NCBI RefSeq assembly: GCF_964194155.1
Contig: NC_135896.1
Location: 89,714,001 to 89,778,000, forward strand
Length of the DNA: 64,000 bases
Origin: Cetorhinus maximus
Lineage: Eukaryota
Direction: 5' to 3'
In this document: one piece after another, positions 1 through 12,392 of the stretch
How positions within the stretch are numbered: position 1 is the stretch's first letter
Layout: every line of letters begins with the position of its first letter
Made by a program: the position numbers and the translations under genes
The notes under the pieces: model-generated
What the model was told of the DNA's origin: nothing
The model's database searches: none
Seen by the model: the letters and a program-made list of their open reading frames with translations, nothing else

Positions 1-88
1 AGATTTGACAGCATAGATTAAATTAATTAATTTGCATGAGGTGACAACACTCAATCATCTTTTGAGACCAACATAATAAATGGTAACA

Positions 89-177
89 AAAACAGAAAAT
101 GCTGGGAAAACTCAGCATCTGTGGAGAAAGAAACAGAGTTAGCATTTCAAGTGTATATGACCCTTCTTCAGAGCTAC
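89..177 (-). mobile_element. Penelope-like element terminal fragment (family A) with degenerate hammerhead motif
   Basis: AAAACAGAAAATGCTGG..AACTCAGCATCTGTGGAGAAAGAAACAGAGTT motif recurs at 5143, 7100, 8490, 8994, 49315 and 57383; the minus strand reads CTGAAGA..GAAA. Confidence 0.65.
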
Positions 178-526
178 CTAAATAAATGGTTATCAAGCTA
201 CTCAGTCCTTCCCTTGAGCCCTTGTAATTTTGTTTGAGCAATACATGATCATGCACATTTCTAGCTCCTCGTGGCCTTATCTCGCCACATTGACATAGAC
301 CTGTGATAAATAAATGGAATACATGAACTCAGTTATCAATAGCTCATCATGCTTATCCCCAGACTCTGGATACAAAATAGGTGAATCAATACCAAGGGTA
401 AAAACCGTTGATGTTTTATGGCATACCATGTTAATAAGCCACATTATCCTGTGATACTAAGGAATGTTGCTGTGATACAGTATGTATCTGCCTCAACATA
501 TTAAAACTGTAGGGTGGATTTTTCTA

Positions 527-1015
527 CATAAGAACATAAGAAATAGGAGCAGGGGTAGACTGCATAACCCATCGAGCCTGCACGGCCATTCAATATGATC
601 ATGGCTGATCTGGACTTGAAACCCATTTTCCCGCCTGCTCCCCATATCCCTTAATTCCCTTAGAGACCAAAATTATGGTTATCCAGGCCTTAAACGTATT
701 CAATGATGGAGCATCCACACCCTCCGGGATAAAGAATTCCAACGATTCACAACCCTTTGAGTGAAGAAATTTCTCCTCATCTCAGACCTAAATGATCAGC
801 CCTTATCCTGAGACTGTGTCTCCGTGTTTTAGATTCCCCGACCAGCAGAAACAATCTCTCAGCGTCTACCCTATTAGGTCTCTTCAGCATTTTGTAGGTT
901 TCGATGAGATCGCCTCTCATTCTTCTAAACTCCAGAGAATATAAGCCCAATTTACTCAGCCTCCCATCAAAGTAAAACCGCCTTCTCCCAGGAACAAATT
1001 CAGTGAACCTAGTGA
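527..1015 (-). mobile_element. CR1 LINE 3' fragment
   Basis: Minus ORF LGLYSLEFRRMRGDLIETYKML (CR1 ORF2 C-terminus), 3'UTR and (TTCTTATG)n-type tail. Confidence 0.9.
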
Positions 1016-1147
1016 ATAGGTTCAAGTCATTATCAATCAATGTGTTTTATTTTTGCGCTGCCGGCTCTGCTTTAATAAACAAGCCTGCATACTTACTACC
1101 AACACCAGATAACCTATCTCGATTCGCAGATAAGTCAATAACCAGGA

Positions 1148-1418
1148 TGCATGGATTGAAAGTAATTGGCAGAGGATTAGAGGGATTTGAGGAGTAAATA
1201 TTTTGGTCAGAGTGGTGGGGGTCTGGAACTTGCTGCCTGAAAGTCAAAAAATCTTTATCCCTTAAAAAAAACCCACAGATATGCACTGGTGCCATAACCC
1301 ACAGGGCAACGGACCAAGATCTGGAAGACATGATTAGACTTGATAGCCTCTTTTTTGATCTGGCATGGAGATGATGGGCCAAATAGTCTCCCTCTGTGCT
1401 GTAAATATTCCTATGTTA
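1148..1418 (+). mobile_element. CR1-type LINE 3' end, degenerate
   Basis: AGAGTGGTGGGGGTCTGGAAC..CTGCCTGAAAG and GATGGGCCAAATAG..CTCTGTGCTGTAA tail; similar to 28165-28620. Confidence 0.65.
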
Positions 1419-1535
1419 TAAGAAACATATTTTGCGACCATCACTTTGCTTGATTCCACTTCTGGGTAGAAGGAGCAGAGATGCTGGCTGACAAGAAAAG
1501 TTTTGTGAGGGCAATCTATTTACCAGTATTTAATA

Positions 1536-2635
1536 TGTGAAGATGGATGCTATATTTTTAAATATTTTTGGGAGAACGGTANNNNNNNNNNNNNNNNNNN
1601 NNNNNNNNNNNNNNNNNNNNNNNNNNNNNNNNNNNNNNNNNNNNNNNNNNNNNNNNNNNNNNNNNNNNNNNNNNNNNNNNNNNNNNNNNNNNNNNNNNNN
1701 NNNNNNNNNNNNAGCTGGGGGAAGGTTAGTAAAGACTTTCTGTGGGAACTGAGAGATGGAAGGTAAAGGTGCTAGATGCAAGCATTTGTAATGAGAGGCT
1801 ATGGTGAAGCTTGAATTACAAGTAAATAAATTAGGTTTAAAGTTTGCATTAGGTGATAGTTAAGGGCTTGACTTTTCAGCTGTTAAATTTCAAAGGGAGT
1901 TTAAGGCACTTTTACAACTCACAAAGGTTTCATAAGCAAACAAGGGAAGTTTATTAAATTTTACTTGACTCGAAAGTGGAGGCAATAGGAACACATGAAA
2001 AATGTTTATATTTTGTAAAAGTGGAGTTCAAAGAGGTGCTTAGGACAATGGAGTCTAGGATGAAAGAGGGAAAAAAGATACTTAAGGGAGATGTTTAGTT
2101 GATTTGAGGGACACAGTGGAAGAAATGCCCTGAGACCAGATGTGAGCTGTGAATTTGAAGCAGCCATTCAGTTTCAAGCCAGAAAAGTCTTTGTTTTCAG
2201 AAAGCAGTCTGTTTCTGAACTTCCACAGCAGAGTGGAAGGGAGCGAGGAGTCATGTGGTATACTTTATTAAAGTAGATGCAGCTTTTGCTTTGAGTAATA
2301 CCACTTGATTTTTATGGTTAAAAATCTATAAACTATAAATATCTGTTGCCAAGTAGTTTACTTGTGTGTTCTGGCCAAGTGGGGTTATTTGGGGGGAATG
2401 TTTTGTAACACTGTTTCAACTGTGTAACTTTAAGGTTGTGTGTTATAAGTTTTATTTCTTTTTGTTAATAAATCTTCTAATTTTAAAATTCTGTGTTACT
2501 GGGATCCTATGCTTCTGGGATCAGCAGCTTTTCTCTTGTTTTCAAAATACAACAGGAAAGGTTATGATCAGTTAAGACAAGTTTCCCTCTGGGATTTGGC
2601 TTGTTCAGCGAATAACATCGGCTGTGGTCGGAAGA
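1536..2635 (+). mobile_element. Solo LTR, Gypsy-type (spans the gap)
   Basis: 3' end AAGTTTCCCTCTGGGATTTG..CGGCTGTG matches the LTR end at 33880-33936; AATAAA near 2467; starts with TG; flanks AATA/AATT may be a decayed TSD. Confidence 0.6.
1582..1712. other. Assembly gap (131 N)
   Basis: Run of N. Confidence 1.
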
Positions 2636-3470
2636 AATTACAATAATTTGTTAAATCCGCCTTATTACAGGATATGATCACATTCATTATTTACCTTCAC
2701 CTCATGCCAGCTTCACTTTTCTATTTCTGAAATTATCGCCTCTCACTCTGGTTATTACTTCACCTCACAGGCTCCCCACTTGCAGCAGCAGAGTCAGCTG
2801 ATAAAGCTACTTTCCAAGCTATCATGTTCAAACAAGCAGTCAGGCAGCAGATGACGTTGGGCCCTGTCGATCAGACAGTGTAAGTGACTCACAGCCCACC
2901 AGAGCCCTGGGGGAGAGCGGTGCACACGGTGCTAATCACCGGGGCCTGTGCCTTCAGGGGGCCCAGATTGGGCAGCTCTGCCCCTCTCTCAAAAAGCTGC
3001 CTCATGCTTCAACATGCGTACGGTGGGCCCTCCGCTCTGTGACACAGTTCTGTAGTATAAGGGGCTATTGCAGCAAGAGCCCAAGTCCACGCAGCCATTT
3101 ATTTGACAACCAGGCTGCATTCTGGGTGATGTAGTTCACCCTTGGCCATGCCCTCGTCCTCCCACGCATGTGCCGACCCACTAAAGAACTACAAGAGCCA
3201 AGATGGCAGAGTGGGCCGGAGAGGCCAGAAAAAACGGCGCTTGCAGCAACAGCAAGGCTGGAGTGTTAGACAGGACAGGGCCACCTTCCCAGCTGTCCCA
3301 AACTCCTCCTCAGTGATCAAATCATTAAATCTCCTGGAGGGTGTGAGAGTGAGTGTGAGGGAATGAGAGAGTGAGCATGAAAGTGAGTGTATGTGAGAGC
3401 AAATGGGTGTGTGTGAGAGTGAGTGAAAGAGCGAGAAAGAGAACCCTGAGACTGGGAGCGAGCCGGGGGA

Positions 3471-4787
3471 ACACTCACACAGACAGCTTGGTGCAGACAC
3501 TCACACACAGACAGCTTGGTGCAGACACTCACACACAGACAGCTTGGTGCAGACACTCACACACAGACAGCTTGGTGCAGACACTCACACACAGACAGCT
3601 TGGTGCAGACACTCACACACAGACAGCTTGGTGCAGGCACTCACACACAGACAGCTTGGTGCAGACACACTCACACAGACAGCTTGGTGCAGACACACTC
3701 ACACAGACAGCTTGGTGCAGACACACTCACACAGACAGCTTGGTGCAGACACTCACACACAGACAGCTTGGTGCAGACACTCACACACAGACAGCTTGGT
3801 GCAGACACACACACACAGACAGCTTGGTGCAGACACACTCACACAGACAGCTTGGTGCAGACACACTCACACAGACAGCTTGGTGCAGACACTCACACAC
3901 AGACAGCTTGGTGCAGAGACACACACACAGACAGTTTGGTGCAGACACTCACACACAGACAGCTTGGTGCAGACACTCACACACACACACACACACACAC
4001 AGACAGCTTGGTGCAGACACTCACACACAGACAGCTTGGTGCAGACACACACACACAGACAGCTTAGTGCAGACACTCACACACAGACAGCTTGGTGCAG
4101 ACACTCTCACACACACACACACACACACACAGCTTGGTGCAGACACTCACACACACACACACACGCATACAGACAGCTTGGTGCAGACACTCACACACAG
4201 ACAGCTTGGTGCAGACACACACACACACACACAGACAGCTTGGTGCAGACACTCACACACAGACAGCTTGGTGCAGACACACGCACACAGACAGCTTGGT
4301 GCAGACACACACACAGACAGCTTGGTGCAGACACACTCACACAGACAGCTTGGTGCAGACACTCACACACAGACAGCTTGGTGCAGACACACACACACAG
4401 ACAGCTTGGTGCAGACACTCACACACAGACAGCTTGGTGCAGACACTCACACACACACACACACACACACACAGACAGCTTGGTGCAGACACTCACACAC
4501 AGACAGCTTGGTGCAGACACACACACTCACACACAGACAGCTTAGTGCAGACACACACACAGACAGCTTGGTGCAGACACTCGCACACACACACACACAG
4601 ACAGCTTGGTGCAGACACACACACACACACACACACACAGAGACAGCTTGGTGCAGACACTCACACACACGCACACAGACAGCTTGGTGCAGACACTCAC
4701 ACACACACACACGCACACAGACAGCTTGGTGCAGACACACTCACACAGACAGCTTGGTGCAGACACTCACACACACACACACACACA
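3471..4787. repeat. 28-bp minisatellite (ACAGACAGCTTGGTGCAGACACTCACAC)n with variable CA tracts, roughly 40-45 units
   Basis: Directly visible tandem array. Confidence 0.98.
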
Positions 4788-5142
4788 TCCTCCTCCTCCT
4801 CCCTCCCCATGTGAATAATAAAAACTTATTCACACGCCAGACTGAGAAAGGAGGAACACCAGACTGAAAGGTAACCCACTTCAAACTCCACGTTCATATG
4901 AATTCTGCTGAGGCCAGCTCAGAGTGTGCACCACCAGAAGCGAACGCAAGGTCGGCGCTAGTTAAATTGTTTATGTTTTCTTCATACCTTAACTTTTTTT
5001 CTTGAAATCCATGTTTAGTGTTGTACCAAACCAGATCTCAGGCAGCTGCTGCTGGGCTTCTTGCTGAAGGGGAACGAGAGGCTCAGAAGAAGTCTGATTG
5101 GCTTTTGGAGGGCTGATAACAGGGGTTATTTTAGCTTTAATA

Positions 5143-5350
5143 GAAACGGGAAGTGTTGGAAATGCTCAGCACCTCTGGCACATCTGTGCTGAGAGATCCA
5201 GAGGTCAGTGACCCTTCGACAAAACTATGTAGATCATGGACCTGAAGCGTTGACTCTGTTTCTCCCTCTACAGATGCTGCCTGGCCTGCTGAGTATCTCC
5301 AGCATTTTCTGTTTATATTTCAGATTTCCAGTATTTACAGTACTTTGCTC
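5143..5350. mobile_element. Inverted pair of PLE family A termini
   Basis: 5143-5225 and 5235-5350 are opposite-orientation copies of the same terminal motif. Confidence 0.6.
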
Positions 5351-5801
5351 TCCTATTGTATGCTTCATGATGTCATTTGTAAGCATGGTTAGTTTCAACT
5401 TAAAATGAGAAAATATTTATCACTCAGTGCAGAGTGTAATTTTTCTGTAAACAAAACCTACTTGTGTGGATAGAAACAGCACATGATTGCCAGTGAATAG
5501 GTTGCTGCTAATTTACTGGGACGTTTTGCCATTTCTAAACTTGGAAGCGAAACCAGGAGTCATGTGCCAATAGAATATGTCACTGTTGATTCTAGATATT
5601 CTCATTTGTGCATAAGATGGTTGTTTGCGGTGCTTGTGAGGTTCAAATCTTCTGGATGTTGTGGTCCGGATATTGCATAGGGCCAGATTCAAAGAAGCAG
5701 AGCCAGTTGCATAATATGAATGATCACGTTGTTGTATAACTGCCTGATAAAGCCATGATTGTAAAACGAATCATACTGAAACCTGAGCTTTCAACAGACT
5801 T

Positions 5802-5925
5802 TATGAATAGAGGCATCTAGGACAAAAGCCAAGAAGTTTTGCGAAACCTATATAAAACTTTTCAACCCCACAATGACCATGGGTTCCCAATTCTGGACAT
5901 TCGAAGGATGTGATGGAGAGAGTTA
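5802..5925 (+). mobile_element. CR1 RT fragment, highly degenerate
   Basis: AATAGAGGCAT..CAAAAGC..AACCTATATAAAAC..CAATTCTGG resembles 14708-14830. Confidence 0.5.
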
Positions 5926-6569
5926 AAAAATTGGGGGGGTTGGGGGTTGGGGGGGGGTGGCGGGGAAGGGTGGTGGATAAGGGCTCAGAATCAGGCAAAA
6001 CATCAGGGCCCCCTGATTTCTCTCTCTGGCCCTGACAGCCACAGCTGGTTCAAAGTGGCTGATGGCACATAGATGTCAGTTTCAATGCATGTGCAGCCTA
6101 TGTTGGTAAGGGGGCATCGCATCATTGTGAAGCCAAGTTGGAACTGCTGCATAATCCTTATAAACCCTTTCTGAAAACCAGATGCTTTAAAAAAAAAGCT
6201 TAGAAAGTTAAAGCTTTGTTCTGTTTAGTTGTAAAACATCATGGGAATGGCTTATCTTCACATTCACCATCAAAGAAAATCATTCATATCATACTTTTAA
6301 AAATAAGAAATCGTGTATCTGATTTGTATCCATCACCCTCCAAATAAAACAATCAAGACATCACATTCGGTTACATATACAATTTTTAAAAAAAGTCACT
6401 GAACTGAGACCAAGACTTAATAAGCGTTTACCAAGCTACAATGAAGTCTGATTGGTCTCATCCTCACTTAGCAGCAATTAGGCTTTGGCATCTGCAACTC
6501 GCAGCCGCGCCTTAGCAGGAGAATGCACAAAACTTAATACATGGTGGCAGCGTTACAGGTCATTCAGGA

Positions 6570-6835
6570 AGTCTGAGTATCTGTGGCAATATATTCTGGA
6601 GCTATGGATAGTGTTGGTTAAGGCTCCAATTTGCTTTCCATCACATGGCTGACCAGGAATCTCTCCCGCTCTTACCGCCTGCCATTGGCGTGCATTGGGA
6701 GGATTTGCTGATTGATACTCAACCAGCTTGACCACATTAAGGACGCACCTTCCTTGACCACCAAGTCCTGAAGTGGGACTCAAACCTGAAGCTTCTGACT
6801 CAGAGGAAAAGGACACTATCCTGCCACAAGATCTC
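6570..6835 (-). mobile_element. tRNA-headed SINE (family of 52526)
   Basis: CAAGTCCTGAAGTGGGACTCAAACC..GCTTCTGACTCAGAGG is the reverse complement of the head seen at 46205 and 52526. Confidence 0.7.
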
Positions 6836-7099
6836 CCTTAGATCTAGCTTAGTATTACACTTTCTAAAATAACACATCTACCTTATCATGAGCACATTCA
6901 TTAGCTTTATAAAATTAGGTGTATAGAAGGTCATACATGAGTCACAAGAGAACAGCAGCCCATATTTATCCGTAAGCAACGTTCTCTTTAACTTCTGTTT
7001 GCTGTGAATGGCCGGCTTGTTGCACTGCACAGTCCTTTTAAGGTGGATGCGTTCCTGCGCATGTGCACATCTTAAAGGGGAACTCTACTTGTGCACGAT

Positions 7100-7345
7100 A
7101 ATAACTGAAAATGCTAGAAATACTTAGCAGGCCAGGTAGCATCTGTGGAGGGAAGCAATGTTAACCTTTCAGGTTGACGGCTCTTCAACAGAATGAAGGG
7201 AAAATAGAAATGTAATAGGTTCTGAGCAAATGAAAGGGGTGGGAGGGAGGGGAGGAAGAACAAAAGGAAAGGCCTGTGATAGGCTGGATGACAGGAGAAA
7301 TTAAATGATAAAAAGGTGACATGATACAAAAGCCAAAGGCCGAAT
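7100..7345 (-). mobile_element. PLE family A 3' fragment
   Basis: Terminal motif followed by a purine-rich body segment. Confidence 0.6.
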
Positions 7346-8094
7346 GTGAAGTAAAAAAAAAAGGCCGGAGTTTTACTGGCCCTTCGCACAGGGACAAGGC
7401 CGTAAAATAGATCCACTCAGAACTCCAATGGGCAGAATCTTCCTCTCGTTGGCTGGACGAGTGCCCCCCCCATGTCATCGCGCATTCTTGCGATACTTCA
7501 CTCAATTAACTTCATGACCTCCTCCTTCTCTAGTAGAAAGTCTCATGGATTGTTTCCTTTGTGCAGGGAATCTTTTTTTTTTGTGGTAAGCTCGTGCTGA
7601 TAAAATGTCAACACCGTGTTTTTTTACTGAAATGGACCACGTCTACCTATTAATTCATCTGGTAAATTATGTTGTTCTCTTTCGTACGTCCATGTGATTC
7701 TCCCATTGCTTCTCTCACAGTTTATACCTGAATATCTCATCTCTCTGACAGATTTAATAACGTCTTTTTATTCGGTTAATCACCTGACTATCCGGCTCGG
7801 TGAGCAGAATGCACGTCGTCTATCCTTTCAGATCATTAATCAGCTCACAGCTTCTCATCTTATCCTTCTAGAGCCTGCTTCTATTGCTGGTCCTTAGGTT
7901 TTAATGTGTTTAAGTGTGGTTACTGTTGAGAAATATTTAATAAAACTATTGGAATTATTCAGGTCTTCCCCACCTGGCCTCCCTCTGTCTACATTCCCCA
8001 CCTCGAGGCTCAAGAAGGTTCATCTTTTTCAAAGCTTTTCTCTTGGTCAGTGCAAACATTTCCATTATGTTCTTTCTTTATATTTTGACTATTG

Positions 8095-8460
8095 AGGCCC
8101 TTAATCAATTAATTAAATTGGATTTTTCGCTGCCCGTCCACCTGTTGGCGAAAAGGCCAAGCGGCCATTGGATTTTTTTATGAAGCCTCATCCACGGGCA
8201 GGATGAGGTTTGCGACAGGAACTAAAAATAAAAAGAATGTTTAAATCTCATTTATAACCTGTCCCTGCTCATGGGACAGGGTCACATGAGGGGACATGTT
8301 TTTTTAACATTTGTAAGTTTTTTATTTTTTATTTTAAAAATCTTCAGCTCCCTGAGGCAGCTCTGGGCCTCAGGGAGCTTTCATTGCGCCCACCCGCACG
8401 CATGAGCCAACCTCTTTGCCCGCCCTCCTCCCTTGGAGGAAGAGGGGTGTGAGCGGTATA
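8095..8460. mobile_element. Internal fragment of the multi-hairpin Harbinger-like MITE
   Basis: Contains the CCTCATCC..GGATGAGG, CATG..CACATGAGGGGACATG and CTCCCTGAGGC..GCCTCAGGGAG palindromes. Confidence 0.8.
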
Positions 8461-8484
8461 ATTTTATTACATTTCAATGTTCCC

Positions 8485-8590
8485 TCAGTCCTGATGAAAG
8501 GAGATTGACCTGAAATGTTAACTTTGCTTCTCTTCACAGATCGTGCCTGACCAGCTGAATATTTCCAGCTTTTGCAGTATTTTGCTTTCG
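8485..8590 (+). mobile_element. PLE family A terminus with hammerhead-like core
   Basis: CTGATGAAAGGAGATTGACCTGAAATGTTAACT followed by the family terminal motif. Confidence 0.65.
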
Positions 8591-8686
8591 TTTCGGTCTT
8601 ACTTGTCCACGGCCCGTTTGTTGCTTGCGTGGCCCATTCCCGATTCCCGTGTCCTATCTGGAACATTGTCCAGGCGTTAGTCTTTA

Positions 8687-8782
8687 ATTTACAAGCAAAG
8701 CTGATTTTGCATTTCTGTACGATTTGAAGAGGATCATTGCTCCAAATCATACAGAAATGCAAAATCAGCTTTGCTTGTAAAT
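8687..8782. repeat. Inverted repeat: 40-bp arms (39/40 match), 16-nt spacer
   Basis: 8687-8726 is the reverse complement of 8743-8782 apart from one C/T difference. Confidence 0.95.
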
Positions 8783-8784
8783 AA

Positions 8785-8990
8785 CAGGATTATTTGACTG
8801 TGGGGATCTTCAAGTTGAGTCCAATCCTATCATTCAAGTGTCCACTCCTTCCAGCAAGCAGTTCTAGACAGTGATCAGGAACCGAGCTCTGGCTGAAATT
8901 TCCTCGGACTAGCCGGTGGCCCCAGTGATGCCCCAGTGTGGCTTGATCGACAGCAGCAAACTCAACATTGAGTGGGGTGTCTTCCTGGGA
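8785..8990 (-). mobile_element. Old SINE fragment (AmnSINE2-like, tentative)
   Basis: CAGTGATCAGGAA..CTGGCTGAAATT..CTAGCC; a related degenerate copy lies at ~52390-52510; family name from recall. Confidence 0.35.
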
Positions 8991-8993
8991 TTG

Positions 8994-9200
8994 AAAACAG
9001 AAAATGCCGGAAAAACTCAGCAGGTCTGGCAGCATTTGCAGAGTGAGAAACAGAGTTAACATTTCGTGTCCGTATGACTCTTCTTCATACAGACTTGAAT
9101 CGCTAACTCTGTTTCTCTCTCCGCAGATGCTGCCAGGCCTGCTGAGTTTTTCCGGCATTTTCTGTTTTTATTTCAGATTTCCAGCATCCATGGTATTTTG
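8994..9200. mobile_element. Palindromic (inverted) PLE family A termini
   Basis: 65-bp arms 8994-9058 and 9104-9168 match at 61/65. Confidence 0.85.
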
Positions 9201-9504
9201 TTTGTGTCTTCCTGCAATGTGTGGCTCAGCACCAATTTTATATTTCAGGGCTTTATGGCCAGTTTAGTGCAGAAAGAATCTGGAAACAAGCTCCATGTTC
9301 AGTGGTGTAAAACTCTAGCTTCAGGTACTGAAATAGAGAAGCGTTTAAATGTTCATAGGCGAGGTATTGAAGACGAGTTCCACAGCGACTGGGAACAAGA
9401 GCTGACCTCGTATTTCATTTCTGACTTCCTCCAGATATCCACACCCATTACTACTCGTGACATTATTTATTTTAGCCCAACACGAGGTTTCTGTTGCCAA
9501 TCCA

Positions 9505-10322
9505 CACGTGTGGATTGAGGGGGAAGGTAGCTGGCTGGTTTCATCAACAGGCCCACTGGCCACTCAATGAAGAGGGAGAAAGACAAACAGGAAATCCATC
9601 CTCCTGTCCACTTCCTGTGGTCAAAAGTAAGAGAAAGAGAATGGACCACGTGTTTAATTTAATGACCATGGTGGTGGCCCTGTCCACTGGTTGGAAAGCC
9701 AAAGCCAATCCCCATTTCAGGAAACCCCTATCAGGCTGTTACGTATCTGCCGTTGGGGTCCCTGGGGCTTTCAAGGTGACGATCCCATCTCCAATTAGAG
9801 GGCAGGCAGCTCTTCAGTCCCAGCAGTGCCACCAGGGGTGGTGACCACTGCTGGGGCTGCAGTAGGCACTGGAGACCTAGAGAAGAGATACTTGGGGCAG
9901 GTTCGCTGTGTCAGTCGGGCAGGCAGGCACTTGAGAGGGGCTGCAGTGGTGGTGCTCAGTGTGGAAGGCAGGGTCAGCGGGGCAGCCCTTGCCACTGCTG
10001 GGGCCATCTTTGCGGCATGGTGCCCAATCAGGAGGGTTCCCTTCCCCCGAGCCAGCAGGCTGCCCCCAGGGCATACCTGGTGACCTGCCCACGTGGCATG
10101 GCCATTCAACCCCACCATTGGTGGAATGCCACCGGAGGGAGGTTGAAGCCCTTAAGTGGCCCTTCAATGGCCGAGGGGCGGGAAGGCTGAACTCGACCTT
10201 CCCCGTCCCTGACAGCATCGGGTGCAGTCGGGAAGGTAACAGGTTTGCACCCTGTGGCTTCCTGCCCGTTTACATGGCCAACCCACCTCCCAGCTCTTTC
10301 CTGGGTGACCATAAAACCCCAC
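9505..10322. mobile_element. Older GC-rich non-autonomous DNA element (Harbinger-like)
   Basis: CCCTTAAGTGG motif shared with 14170; GC-rich island with no coding signature. Confidence 0.45.
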
Positions 10323-10454
10323 ATATATGTCATTCAGTTTGGTGTAAGTGCTGTTGAGGGAGAGAAGTGGAGGAGGGATTCCTTTGTTTAGGAGAGTCAA
10401 CCGGTCCTTTGGAGAGCCAGTGAGATTCAGCAATTAGACTGACAAGGCATGGTG

Positions 10455-10668
10455 TGGGATGGAATGCACTGCCTGGGAGCGTGGTGGAGGCAGGTTCAAT
10501 TGAGGCATTCAGGAGGACATTAGATGATTATTTAAATAGAAATGACATGCAGGGTTATGGGGAAAAGGCTGGAGAATGGCACTGAGCCATGTTGCTCATT
10601 CGAAGAGCCAGTGTAGGCATGATGGGCTGAATGGCCTCCATCTGCAATGTAACTACTCTGTGATTCTT
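10455..10668 (+). mobile_element. CR1 LINE 3' end
   Basis: Near-colinear with 15105-15308. Confidence 0.85.
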
Positions 10669-12392
10669 TAGGCCATCACTTTCTGTAGTCGGATATCTAA
10701 CAGCATCTGCCATTCATTAGACGTACCTTAGCACATTTAGGTTTCTTAATGTTTTGCGTGGCAAGTTACTGAAAATGTGAGCTGATAATGGCACAGCGAG
10801 GGAAATAGGGCATCAGGGACCTGTATAAATAAGGCAAGAAACAGTATATCTCCTCGGGAATCAGATTGAAGAATTGGCAATTAAACAGGGCAAGAGCTGA
10901 GAATGAAATGTAATTTAAAATGGGTGAACCCAAGTCAAATCAGATACAGAAAGAGAGGCAAAGTGAGGAAAAGAGAGATTGGATTGACAGAAAAGAGACG
11001 GAAAGGAAAAGTAAATATAAATTTAAATGTTTTTACATTTGACTTTTCTTTAAAAATCTCTAACAACAATTAAAACCCGAAGAAATGAGACTGCACACTT
11101 GTAAAAGCTCATTTACAGTGCCAGTGAAGTTAGCAATTAACATCTATCACATTGTTAATGCTTACAATTTTGTGACAAATTTAGATCATATCCACTGCAC
11201 AAATACAGCAAATTCACGTTCAGTGCAATTCAGCGATGAGGCAGAAAATAAAACGCCGTCTTTGAATCACTAATGGTGGCGCAGTGCAATCTGAGCCAAA
11301 ACCTTCTGTTGCTGTAGCATTATTAATGTCCAGTGCCATTTGTTACACAGGTATTTAGACAGAAAAACATATGGGCCAATATTTTATTTGCTGCGGGGAA
11401 TAACCCGGTTACTACAAATGTTCTGTTTGCCTACTTTCCATTGGAGAAGAAAATGGTTGTGAATTTGCATTTTGCCTCCTTTCTTAAAAATATGAATCAG
11501 TTGCGTCGTCTGGGTTACGCCATTCGATAATGGGCTTTGAACTTTGAGGCAAAGCAGAGACGGATGGGAATGGCTAACACCGCTGAACCCGAGGAGATAT
11601 CGAAGGTCGAAGCAAAATTGGGCGTGTATATGTCAAGCACCATCTGATCATGGTCAGCAATAATCATTGCCAGGTTGAAGAAGTGCAGTCAGGCAGCTGC
11701 AATAGGTATTTGCCAACCGAGGGAACACATTTTGTACTGAATCATCCACTTGGTGACTGCAACATAGGGCTGGGTCTCAGCAAGGTGGTTTTTGGGTGAA
11801 ACGGAAGGTCCCTGGGTCTGCAGTACCTACTGCAGCTTCCTTGCCGGCCAGGACTTTTTGGATGGCGGGGTTTTCCGTCCCACCGTCCAAAGAGTCGGTT
11901 GGTAACACATCCCCACCGACACTGCCTGCCCCGCAGCCATTTCAGGCTCCAATGAGCATTAACCGGCTGCACATGGGACTTCCACTCATCACGCGAGAGG
12001 AAGTCCCGCCGTGGAGAGTGGCTGGCCAATCTGACCGGTCGGCAGCTCTCTAGCCTTTGCAGCACCAGAAGCTGCTGTGGAGGGAAATGAGGCTTCATGT
12101 GGTCCACGGGGCCTAAGGGTGTCATCCAAGAATTGCACTAAGTGTGGTACTGGGCGTGAAATACGATGTTTTTGCCGCTTACTGCAAGGGCGGGTTTTTG
12201 CGCTGTGTCGTCCACTTCCTGCCTCACTAATTATGCAGCCACAGGAAAGGCGCCGTCTCGCTGGCGAACGGCCTGTGAATTGCCCACCACACCGTTACCT
12301 CACCGATTCCTCACTCCGGGTGCCATATCTAAACTGCAGCCACACACACAGAGTTCTCAATGCTTACAGCCCAGAACTGCCCCAGTGAAGAC

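Noticed and set aside
3189-3350. RRFNDL Myb-like peptide on the minus strand
   Set aside because: The upstream helices are absent (low-complexity DNA), so it is probably chance.
3471-4787. CRISPR-like repeat-spacer look
   Set aside because: The spacers are only CA runs, there are no cas genes, and the context is eukaryotic.
3371-4867. 498-aa and overlapping His/Thr-rich ORFs
   Set aside because: Translations of the 28-bp minisatellite; open in several frames on both strands.
9494-10433. Cluster of overlapping GC-rich ORFs
   Set aside because: Stop-poor GC-rich repeat with no domain signature.
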